A DNA stretch of 30,882 nt from Bdellovibrionales bacterium (GTDB lineage Bacteria > Bdellovibrionota > Bdellovibrionia > Bdellovibrionales > UBA1609): contig JBFWVI010000015.1 in assembly GCA_050246815.1 (NCBI GenBank), forward strand, positions 1 through 30,882. The letters are read 5' to 3'. The position numbers and the translations under genes are program-made. The stretch's first letter is position 1; each line of letters opens with the position of its first letter. Positions 1 to 8,800 of this stretch are shown in pieces. The notes under the pieces are model-generated. The model was not told where the DNA came from. It worked only from the letters and a program-made list of their open reading frames with translations, and ran no database searches.

Positions 1-434
1 TCGTCGATGACTTTGTCGCCTTCTAGGATTTGGATGCGGACCTCCCACAGGCCATCCATTGTGAAAACTAAATCGCTGACTTGGTAAACGCCGGGAGCGA
101 CTTTTTCGACTTTTGCGGGGACGTTTGAGCCGTGGTCCATGTCGGGCATCCACAATTTCACGTGGGGGATCACGGGCGAATCCACAGGGGTGACGGGTTG
201 TTTGTCACTGATCGGGCCCAGCAGACGAAGTTGCATCACGCTGGTTTCTTTGTCGGTAGGGCCTTTGTCCCAAGATACTTGGGCGCAGGCATTCAAGGTG
301 GCCAACTGTAAGGCACAATCGCCCTTAGGGGAGTTGTTTGGCGGCGCCGAGTGGTTGTGACTGCGTGGACCGCATGCGGTTGCGGCCATGCCTAGGGCCA
401 GTAACGCGAAAATTGTTGTCAGGATTTTTTTCAT
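1..434 (-). CDS. YtkA/FixH-like lipoprotein (3' end runs off the window)
   Basis: Not in the ORF track. Read by hand from ATG at 434, which overlaps the upstream TGA as ATGA: MKKILTTIFALLALGMAATACG (lipobox), then ...VKLWMPDMDHGS...PGVYQVSDLVFTMDGLWEVRIQI, the typical YtkA-like MPxMxHG / MxGxW pattern. Confidence 0.75.
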   Translation of the reverse strand, partial: MKKILTTIFALLALGMAATACGPRSHNHSAPPNNSPKGDCALQLATLNACAQVSWDKGPTDKETSVMQLRLLGPISDKQPVTPVDSPVIPHVKLWMPDMDHGSNVPAKVEKVAPGVYQVSDLVFTMDGLWEVRIQILEGDKVID

Positions 435-979
435 GATTTTGTCCTTCGTTTAATTGCACATCCAAGAGCGCGCTGACGGGCCTGCTTCACTTTGCCGCTG
501 GCGCGATATTCGTTCAGAGCATTTTTCAGATAAGGCACATCGGCCGTGCTGGCTTGGCTTGAATCCGTGACCCCACCCGAGAACACAAGCTGACCACGGC
601 GGTCGACCACAAAAGCGTGCGGCGTTTTCAGCGCCTGAAGTTTTTGAGCCCACTGACCGTCAACGTCTTCAATCAAAGGAAATGCGAATGCAACATTCTT
701 GAAGTGATTTTTTACTTCTTCTGGGGTTTCGTCCGCGTTGGCGTGAACAGCAATGAAATCGAAGTCCTGAAACTCGGCGGCCAATTGCTTCAAGGTAGAT
801 TCGTGACTGCCCGAGCAGGGGCAGCGCGCAGACACAAAGACTACCACGGCGGGCCGAGCCATGGCCGCGTTCACTTGCACCGATCTGTCGCTAAATAAAT
901 CTTGGCCCTTCAAATCAAAAGGGGCTCCAGCCAAAGCCGAAAGCGCCAACGAAAACCAAATGAGAATTAAATTCACCAT
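431..979 (-). CDS. Exported thioredoxin-fold redoxin (AhpC/TSA, PRX-like1 type)
   Basis: Signal peptide; VVVFVSARCPCS, AFPLIED, TPHAFVVD (cis-Pro), GGVTD and C-terminal GCAI motifs. Confidence 0.8.
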   Translation of the reverse strand: MVNLILIWFSLALSALAGAPFDLKGQDLFSDRSVQVNAAMARPAVVVFVSARCPCSGSHESTLKQLAAEFQDFDFIAVHANADETPEEVKNHFKNVAFAFPLIEDVDGQWAQKLQALKTPHAFVVDRRGQLVFSGGVTDSSQASTADVPYLKNALNEYRASGKVKQARQRALGCAIKRRTKS

Positions 980-1012
980 CTGCCACAGGAGTAGCAGCTG
1001 CAGCGCTCAGGC

Positions 1013-2563
1013 TCAAGTCGAATTCAAGCTCATTCGTTCGCCGAAGCAGGGGCCCAAAGCGGGTGAAAGGGTGAAATTGATTGCCTGAAAGATTTTTCCC
1101 GCGCTGCACAGTTGACGCCGTACGTGCTCGCGCGAGCCCGGGCCATCGGGTGCGATTTTCGGACAGCTGTCGACGCTTTGCCAGGCGTAGCGCGGGGTCA
1201 GCAAAACTGAGCTGATGATTTGCAAGTAAGGATTTTTCGCGTCGATGATGCTGCTTTCGATTTTGTCACACCACTGCCAGCGGCCTTTGGGGCTGGTCAG
1301 GGCACAGCTGAATTTTGAGCTGCCACTTTCGTTTTGTTCAAAGGGGGCGATCAAAGTAAGACGGTCTTGGCCCAGCTTGAACTCCACATCAAACTTTTCA
1401 CCGCCGATTCGCACTTGCGCGCTAAGACCGGTGTGCTGACAGCGCAACTGCGCCACATGAGGAGTAAATTTGGTGAGGTTGGCTAATTTGCTTTCGGACA
1501 AAACCTGCAAAGTGTCGCACATCGGCCGACTGGGAGAATAACGCAAAAGGGCCGCCAACTGTTCGCGGTCAATATTCAGGTCACAGCGATGGGCTGGGCC
1601 GGCCATGGAAAGGTGGCGCACCAAACGCTCTTGTTCGCTTAAGCCCAATTTGATTTTTTCTTTTTGCAGGAGTTTTTGCAGGCAAGATTTTGTGGCTTCT
1701 TGACTGGCGATGGAACCCGCGACCGCCATCGCGACGTTGGCGACGGTTCTTTTGTTTTCGCCGGCCTGATTTTGTAAAGGCGCGATCAAAGGATTTTCAT
1801 TACGGTCAGCGAAAGAGTTCAGCCAAACGTACGGGCGTTTGGCCTTGAGCCCTTTTTCTTCTAGGATGATATTTTCAACATCGTTGCGGATCGTCAGAAT
1901 CGCCAGATCGGGGCGAGGCCGCAAACTTTGCCGCGTGGCCAGAAGCGCACTTTGAAACGAAACTTGAAGCGGTGAATTCAAAGCCGCTAGACTCTCCAAA
2001 GCCTTCAGGGCCGAATGGCGTTGGCGCTTTTTCATTTCATGGCGTAGTTTTATGTATTCCGCTAGGGTTGCACGCTGGGTCGAAGGCAAGGGATTCGCAC
2101 CGCCCCGTGAAACCATAAATTCAGCGTAGTCATCAAAGCGGTGGGCATAAGCCTGAAGTGTCGGTTTTAAACCTGCTGGCGCATTTTCCATTTGCTGTTC
2201 CAATTCATCGCGGATCACCAGCCAGCGGTTGGGGCTAGCTTCGCGGTTCAGCTCGGCAAAGCCCTGGCGCATTCGCTTTTCAAAATCTGCGGCTTGCCTT
2301 AAGCGTTGGGCGAAGACCGAATTTGACTCACTATTGGCCAGATCATTCAAAAGCGCCAATTGTGGATTGATCAGAGGACGGTTCAAAAACGCGTTCAGCG
2401 GCAAACAGTCCAAGGGGCTTTGAAAATTGTCACATTCGGCGATGGCCAAAAGCAGAGCTTGGGCGCGGGGCTCACAGGTCGTCAAAGGTTCGGCCGCAGG
2501 TGATTGGATCACCCACAGCACCAAGAAAAAAAGGATCACCAAAGAAAGCATGGTTCGGATCAT
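1013..2563 (-). CDS. Hypothetical secreted protein, 516 aa
   Basis: Long ORF with a hydrophobic N-terminal signal, several Cys and an upstream sigma54-type promoter. No family recognised. Confidence 0.7.
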   Translation of the reverse strand: MIRTMLSLVILFFLVLWVIQSPAAEPLTTCEPRAQALLLAIAECDNFQSPLDCLPLNAFLNRPLINPQLALLNDLANSESNSVFAQRLRQAADFEKRMRQGFAELNREASPNRWLVIRDELEQQMENAPAGLKPTLQAYAHRFDDYAEFMVSRGGANPLPSTQRATLAEYIKLRHEMKKRQRHSALKALESLAALNSPLQVSFQSALLATRQSLRPRPDLAILTIRNDVENIILEEKGLKAKRPYVWLNSFADRNENPLIAPLQNQAGENKRTVANVAMAVAGSIASQEATKSCLQKLLQKEKIKLGLSEQERLVRHLSMAGPAHRCDLNIDREQLAALLRYSPSRPMCDTLQVLSESKLANLTKFTPHVAQLRCQHTGLSAQVRIGGEKFDVEFKLGQDRLTLIAPFEQNESGSSKFSCALTSPKGRWQWCDKIESSIIDAKNPYLQIISSVLLTPRYAWQSVDSCPKIAPDGPGSREHVRRQLCSAGKIFQAINFTLSPALGPCFGERMSLNST

Positions 2564-2580
2564 AAGTACTGAAAATACAG

Positions 2581-2597
2581 AGCAACTCTCGCGCCAG
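2581..2597 (-). promoter_or_regulatory. Sigma54 (-24/-12) promoter for the 2563 gene
   Basis: Minus strand reads CTGGCGCGAGAGTTGCT, i.e. GG-N10-GC in a TGGC/TTGC context, ~18 nt upstream of the ATG. Confidence 0.6.
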
Positions 2598-2693
2598 ATC
2601 GAATAGGTTTAATTTGGCCGCCACCGTATCAATTTGAGAAGGGCTGTTTAATAGTTGTGCGACTGTTGCAGGGGGTTGCATGACAAGGGCTTC

Positions 2694-2722
2694 TTGAGAC
2701 CTTATTGGGGCTGCGCTATAGT
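2694..2722 (+). promoter_or_regulatory. Sigma70 promoter of the tRNA gene
   Basis: TTGAGA-N17-TATAGT ending 17 nt before the tRNA. Confidence 0.65.
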
Positions 2723-2739
2723 GCAGGGACATCTTTTTA

Positions 2740-2816
2740 GGGGGCTTAGCTTAGTTGGTTAAAGCAGCCGGCTCATAACCGGCGGATCCCAGGTTCGAGT
2801 CCTGGAGCCCCCACCA
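2740..2816 (+). tRNA. tRNA with CAU anticodon, most likely tRNA-Ile2 (lysidine-modified); elongator Met not excluded
   Basis: Acceptor GGGGGCT/AGCCCCC plus A-CCA; anticodon arm GCCGG-CTCATAA-CCGGC; T-loop GGTTCGAGTCC. A paired 1:72 position and no triple G-C run in the anticodon stem argue against initiator tRNA. The anticodon arm resembles bacterial Ile2 tRNAs. Confidence 0.93.
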
Positions 2817-2861
2817 TTTTTCAGCTAGAAATGAGACGTTGGGTTTAAGCCCCTTCAGAAA

Positions 2862-3083
2862 ATGAAAGGTGATCGCGTGTGGTTTCTTGAAATTTGTTTG
2901 GCGGCTTTCTTTTTGTGGCTGATTGGGAAAGGCGTTTTTACCGGCCAAACCTATATTGTGGGAGCTTCCTTCCTGACCAAGACAGACTACAAGTCTGAGC
3001 CATTTGTGTTTTCCAGTTACATGTTGATCTATTCGGGAATTTTTTGCGTATTGGCCTGGTCGTTGATAATTTTAAGGCATTAA
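2862..3083 (+). CDS. Small hypothetical membrane protein (2 TM)
   Basis: 73-aa ORF with two hydrophobic segments flanking a 'TDYKSEPFVF' loop. Confidence 0.6.
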   Translation: MKGDRVWFLEICLAAFFLWLIGKGVFTGQTYIVGASFLTKTDYKSEPFVFSSYMLIYSGIFCVLAWSLIILRH

Positions 3084-3271
3084 ATCAAATCCGAACTGAA
3101 TACTACTGAGTCCACGACGGGGCCGTCGACGCAGTGGGCCTGGCCCGCCGCGCCACGGGAGTCAATTTCTCTTTAGGTCCAATCATCGTGAATTCATTGC
3201 AATCCTTTGTGATGAGTTGACCATTAGCCACTTGAACCACGACTGTTCGCCAACGCAAGAGGAGTACTTCT

Positions 3272-3916
3272 ATGAAATCAATTTATCTGACCCTTTTTGG
3301 CCTGTTCATTTCAATTTCGGCCCAAGCGGCTGTTTTGAATATGGAACCTTCAGACAAAAAAGTCGCGGACGTTGCCGTGATCAAGCAAGCCCAGCTGTTG
3401 AGCGAAGACGGACAAAAAACCGAAACCACATTGGGAATTGTAGGCGCGGGCCTGCGCAAACGTTTTTTTGTGCAAGTTTACGTGGCGCAAATGCTTGCAG
3501 ACCGTGTCGATCTGTTTAAGCGCACGGAAGCGGAAGCTTTAAACTCGTTGATGAGCAGTCAAGTGATCGGTTTGCATATGAGCTTTTTGCGGGCTTTGTC
3601 GGCTGAAGATTTGGTCAACGGTTTTATCAGCGGCTTCGCCCGTAACGAAGTCGACACCGAAAAGGCCGGAGTGAAAGAGTTTTTAGCCACTGTGGGCGGC
3701 ATGGGGGATTTTTCGCCCGGGTCGTCATTAACTTTAGTGGGGGATCGACGCGCTGCTGACAGTGAAATGCTGATCATCGAAGCGGGCAGTCAAGTCAAAC
3801 GCGTCAATGTGCCCAACGGCACCGTTGGTGATATTATGAAGCTGCTTTTAGGCAACACCTCTGGCGATGGCGGCTTAACCGATCTGAAACAGCAGATCAT
3901 CAACTTTCAACCTTAA
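3272..3916 (+). CDS. Exported chalcone-isomerase-like (CHI-fold) protein
   Basis: GAGGAG RBS; signal peptide ending AQA; GAGLRKRFFVQVYVA is the characteristic bacterial CHI-like motif. Confidence 0.75.
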   Translation: MKSIYLTLFGLFISISAQAAVLNMEPSDKKVADVAVIKQAQLLSEDGQKTETTLGIVGAGLRKRFFVQVYVAQMLADRVDLFKRTEAEALNSLMSSQVIGLHMSFLRALSAEDLVNGFISGFARNEVDTEKAGVKEFLATVGGMGDFSPGSSLTLVGDRRAADSEMLIIEAGSQVKRVNVPNGTVGDIMKLLLGNTSGDGGLTDLKQQIINFQP

Positions 3917-3935
3917 ATTGATAGCGGAGTCCAAA

Positions 3936-4850
3936 ATGTCGCGCCTGTGGATTCATTTGTTGATCGTGCCGGCCTTGGCTGCTTCCGGCTTACTGGGGTG
4001 CGAAGCTCGCGATGCCGCCCGCGCCACAAAAAAAATGCCCGCTAAAATGGACGAGACTTTAGAGAGCATCAACGCCACCCATAGCATTGCCGAGCGCAGT
4101 GCCTTGGCGCGCGCGATCGAGATGATGGACAAAGATGACATTTTGGCTAAACTCAGTCCCGCGCCCACGGACATGCTGCTCTGGGCGTTAGTTTTTGGCG
4201 AATATATTTCGGCCAAAGATTTGGCCACTTATTTTTATGTGATTAAAAAAGACATCGAAGAGGTGTTGCCAGAAAAAGACATGAGTGGTCAGGCAGAAAA
4301 ACCTTACACCGATGATCAGATCAGCAAAATTAGGCGCCAAAAACAAGGTCGCTGGATGGAGCTGATGGCGGTTGCAGGCCTGGCGCCGCAAGCCACTATT
4401 GTCAAACTGGTGCAAGAGCAAATTTATGCCAACGGCCGCTACCAGCGTGAGGCCTTGAACATCTTGATGATGCGGGCGTGGTTTCTGGTCGACGTGCTGC
4501 TTGACCGCAGTCTGATGAAGAATGGTCTGCCCACAGTTGGCCATGTCAAAGACACTCTTGAAGTCTTAAACAAGGTGCAGTGGATTCTAGACCTGCCCTT
4601 TAGCTCCCACATTAGCTTTAGTTACAACCTTGAAAATATTGTTTCGTTGGTACCGGAATTAAAGATCGACCCCGCACAACTGAAAGTGCAGGGTGAATTT
4701 GACCAGCGGCTAAAGGCCACGTGGCGCGAAGCTTTAATGAAAGCGCGCAAAGGTGCAGATAAGGCGCAAGAGCTAAGGGCTCAAGCGGGCAGCCTGCCTC
4801 AGGCGCCGGCAAGCGAATGGCAAGCCCTGATTAAACAACTTGAACGCTAA
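3936..4850 (+). CDS. Hypothetical lipoprotein
   Basis: GGAG RBS before ATG 3936; lipobox LLGC; largely helical; directly follows the CHI-like gene. Confidence 0.7.
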   Translation: MSRLWIHLLIVPALAASGLLGCEARDAARATKKMPAKMDETLESINATHSIAERSALARAIEMMDKDDILAKLSPAPTDMLLWALVFGEYISAKDLATYFYVIKKDIEEVLPEKDMSGQAEKPYTDDQISKIRRQKQGRWMELMAVAGLAPQATIVKLVQEQIYANGRYQREALNILMMRAWFLVDVLLDRSLMKNGLPTVGHVKDTLEVLNKVQWILDLPFSSHISFSYNLENIVSLVPELKIDPAQLKVQGEFDQRLKATWREALMKARKGADKAQELRAQAGSLPQAPASEWQALIKQLER

Positions 4851-4869
4851 TAGCCACGTTTAAATTTGT

Positions 4870-4896
4870 CAGTGCCCATTTGCGGCACTGGTTTTG
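4870..4896 (+). terminator. Probable intrinsic terminator
   Basis: CAGTGCC-N7-GGCACTG followed by GTTTT, 20 nt after the stop at 4850. Confidence 0.5.
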
Positions 4897-4978
4897 TAAG
4901 AACGGCTATGCAGAATTCTGACAGTTTTACCGCCGGCGCGGATTTGCTAAAATCCAACCAATTTTGTCGGGGTTTACG

Positions 4979-5344
4979 GTGAAGCATCGTTTTTCAGTTT
5001 TGGTCCTTATTTGCGCGGGTTTGCCGCTAATCGCATTGGCAGGTCCGCGAGAAGATGCGATTCGAAAATTTGTGATTGAAACCATCATCCGCCAGAATGG
5101 ATATCCCGACATCGAAGATAAGATTGTCGAGATGGTCGCGGCGGACGAAATTTTAATGCGTGATTCAAAAGCGCTGATCGCGATTCGCGCGGAGACAGGG
5201 GTTCCCTATCAACCGTTCGGGCGCGAAGAAATTTTACAGCTTGTCGAGGACCATCTTAAGCCGCAGTCCGCACATGAAGACGGGTTTTGTGACGGTGAGC
5301 TTAAGCCATTCTTCCCGGCTATCAAGTCAAAGCGCGCACATTAA
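4979..5344 (+). CDS. Hypothetical secreted protein
   Basis: ORF with signal peptide (KHRFSVLVLICAGLPLIALA); start uncertain (GTG 4979 or TTG 4964). Confidence 0.55.
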   Translation: MKHRFSVLVLICAGLPLIALAGPREDAIRKFVIETIIRQNGYPDIEDKIVEMVAADEILMRDSKALIAIRAETGVPYQPFGREEILQLVEDHLKPQSAHEDGFCDGELKPFFPAIKSKRAH

Positions 5345-5347
5345 AAA

Positions 5348-5644
5348 TTAAAGCTGACAGGCTAATTTTTTATCTGCTGCTTGGCTCACTTTGCCCAGTC
5401 CGTCGATTGACTTGCCATTCAAATTTTTCATCGCGTAAATTTGAATTTCGCCATCTTTGATGCCAACCACATGCACTTCGGTGTTCGCGCTTAGGGTGAA
5501 TTGGGTCAGACCGTTCTTGGCGTCTTTGCGGAATACTTCGGTAAGGGCCACAAGCGTGGTCAACTGGCCTGATTCACATTCGCCGTAGGCCAAGGTGCCG
5601 GTCAAAACAGTGGCGCCCAAAAACAAAAAAGTCAGTGCTTTCAT
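5348..5644 (-). CDS. Small secreted protein, possibly SH3-like
   Basis: GGAGG RBS before ATG 5644; signal peptide ending AYG; FTLSANTEVHVVGIKDG pattern is SH3b-like; two terminal Cys. Confidence 0.6.
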   Translation of the reverse strand: MKALTFLFLGATVLTGTLAYGECESGQLTTLVALTEVFRKDAKNGLTQFTLSANTEVHVVGIKDGEIQIYAMKNLNGKSIDGLGKVSQAADKKLACQL

Positions 5645-5878
5645 AAAGCCTCCACGGCTTAACCAAGCAAGCTGTGCCAGGCTTAAAAGCAGCCATAACG
5701 CTGATAAAGTCGCACCCGAGAAGCAGTAGCGAAATTTGGCACTCAAATGGTGGGTTTTTGGCCACCCGTTTGCTTAAGGGTTTAGGGGATGTCTAAATTC
5801 GAATTCATGGGTCCTTTTGTGAAGTTATTTCTTAAATCGTTTGCCCGAACGACAGCGAACAAGGGCTTCAGTCATCGC

Positions 5879-8800
5879 ATGAGTCTGCTGCGGTTTATTC
5901 TGCCGATTCTGATCGTCACGTTATTCACGCCAACTGCGGTGGTTGCTTCAGTCACAGGGCAGGTCGAGGATTGTGATGTTTTACTTGAAGCCGGGTCATC
6001 GGCATGGACACCAGATCTACTGGAAGTTGGTTTTTTGGCTCTGCTTGACCTTGGCTTTCAGTTCTCATCAACATCGATGCGTGCGGCCGTCCAGCCTTTC
6101 TTTGATGGAGCAGTCAGCGAAGCGCTGGGGTTTCCCACCACAGTGAATCGACTCTATCGACAGGCAGTAAAACGCTATGGCACTTTGCAGGGGGCACTGG
6201 ATACGTTTGAAATCGACTACCAAATTCAAACTCAGTATGGCGTTGCAAGCAAGTGGACCAAGCCATTGATCGAGCGAGCGCTTCGCGTGCTGTACGACAA
6301 CCGTTTCAAGCCAAGCCGTCAGTTTTTGGGCGAAAGTCGTGATGAGCGTGCTAGAAAAATGGTGGTGAAGGCCGTGGGCTTTGAAACGTCGCTCATCTCG
6401 ATCTATAACAACGCGCAAAAGTTATACGACGATGGTTTATTCGAGGCGTTGCAAAAAGCGGGTTTGCCCGCACGTGAGATTCTTGCGGCAAAAGGCCGCA
6501 GCTACTGGAACAAGCGATTGGTGAAAAAGGGACTGCAGGCCCTTTATAACACGGGCTACGAGGTGAACGCGACTGCTCTTATGAAGTCCAAGGATCCGAC
6601 TGCAATTCGGATTCTAAGCAGGACCGTTGGATTTAAAACCGCGCTTTCGGCGCTCTATGTGAATTCGGTCGAGCTGTATGAGAGTTTTCCGAGTGCTTTG
6701 CGCGCAGCAGATCTGCCGGTCGAAAAAATTCTTCTGCGGCCTAACCATCGGGAGCTGTTAACGCCAGAAAAAATGTTGCTTGCTTTAAAGGCGTTGGCGC
6801 AAACGGGTTATGATATCAGCGCGCTCAGCCTAAAAAAGCCCAGCCCTAAAGCCGACAAAGTGATCAGCAATGCCGTTGGATTTCGTTTGCGCACCCGAGT
6901 GCTCGGCGAAAGGGCGGCAACGCACTTTGGTAGCTTACAAAATGCTTTTTGGAACAAAGAAGTGGTCTACCGGGCGCTGCAGGCGCTGTATAAAAACAAT
7001 TATTTGCCTAACATCAACTTTTTCAAATATCCAGATCCGCAACAAGCAGAAAAAGTTGCAAAAATTTTACGAGAAGCGGTTGGCTTTCCCGTGGTGGCGT
7101 GGACGGTTTATTCGCAAGCGCTGCGTTTGCACGATGACAATTTTAAAAGCGCTCTGACTGGGGCTGGCTTACCGGTGCAAAAAATCTGGCATGTCAAGGT
7201 GGGCCAGCCTTGGACTAAAGAGTTAGTGTATCTGGCGCTGCAAGCGCTTTATGCCAAGGGCTATTTGCCGAAACTTTATTTTCTTCAAAACTCAAAAGAT
7301 GAAAGGGCCGTGCAAATTCTAATCAAAGTGACGGGCTTTGAAACGACACTTTCGACTTTGCTGGTAAAAGCGAAAGAATTCCATAATGGAAAGTTTGACG
7401 ATGCCCTAGTGGGCGCCGGTCTGTCACTTGAGGAAATCAAGGTCGTACAGCCGCGCACGCCGTGGACCAAAGAGCAGGTGTATGCAGGGCTCCGCGCGCT
7501 GAATGAAAAAGGATTTACGCCCAGCGCTAGTTTTTTGCAAAAATCGGACTCGTCCCAGGCCAGGCGAATTCTAGTCGAAGCGGTAGGATTTGAAACTGAA
7601 TTGTCATCACTTTATCTGAAAGCCTGCGAATTTCATGAAGGCGATTTTCAAAGGGCTGTGAAGAATAGTGGCTTATTGGTCGAACACGTGGTCAGTAAAT
7701 ATTCGGGACGCTACTGGACGCCAAGACTTGTGTATTTGGCGTTGCGTGTTCTTTATGAAAATGGTTTTAGACCGTATGCCGCATTTTTACACATCGGTAG
7801 AAGTGAAGAAGCTGAACAAATTTTGAAGGAAGCGCTGGGGTTTCCAGTGAGGTTGAGCACGGTTTATAAAAAGGCCCGTGAACTTCATAACAACAGCTTC
7901 ACGTTGGCATTGAAGGCGGCGGGCCTGCCGGCTGAAAAAATTGTCCAACGTACAAGCCCGAACCCGATGACTAAAAAAATGGTCGCTGTGGGACTTATAG
8001 CGCTTTATGAAAGTGGGCATTTGCCAAATCCAGGTCTGTTGGGCACGGTTGACCCTGCGGCCACCCACGTGTTGCAAGAAGCTTTGGGCACGCACGCCAC
8101 TTTGGCCGATCTTCATGATCAGGTCTTGCAGCATTACGGCCCCGATTTCAAAGAGGCTTTGCGTCAAGTAGGCCTTCCAGTGGATCAGATTCTAGGCCGC
8201 GGTCCCCATCGCTTTTGGAACAAAGAGTTTATCATACGGGCCTTACGACTTCTGTACGAATCCGGCTTTACTCCGTATGCCTCTTATCTTCGAGTCTCAC
8301 GAAATTCAGCTGCTGAGCAAATCTTAAAAAGGATCGTCGGCCATACAGTTCGTTTATCCGCACTCTATGTACAGGCGGAAGGGCAGTTTGATGGCCGTTT
8401 TCAAGACGCTATTGCCGCCGCAGGTCTGCCGGTTGAAAAAATTGTCCTTCAAAATGAAAATCAATGGACTGACGAAATTGTCGTCGAAGCATTGAAAATG
8501 CTTTACCACCAGGGCTTTCGCCCGAATTACACGTTACTACATTCGGGGCAAATCGAGGCCCTGCGAGTGGTTTCGGACTCTGTGGGGTTTGTGACAACTC
8601 CGCGAATTTTATTTAAGCAAGCTCGAGTTCGATTTGGCAGCCTAAGGCAGGCGCTGCTGGCGGGCGGCCTGCCGGCGGATCGAATTGTGTATCGTTTCAA
8701 CCGCCGGCACGTTGATTACAGTTTGACCATGCCGACGCAGAAAGAGTACGTGCATGTGGAGGGTGAGGATCGATCACGACGCGTCACCCTGATCGGCGAA

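Noticed and set aside
3111..3170. GC-rich patch with small palindromes after the 2862 gene
   Set aside because: The stems are short (GACGG/CCGTC, GGGCC/GGCCC), with no U-tract and no second copy in the window; not distinguishable from chance.
5665..5680. Sigma54-like TGGCACAGCTTGC upstream of the 5644 gene
   Set aside because: GG-to-GC spacing is 8 nt, not the required 10.
6005..8710. CRISPR array or nucleotide-level tandem repeat
   Set aside because: The periodicity is at protein level inside one open frame; the DNA copies are heavily diverged, with no constant repeat-spacer structure.
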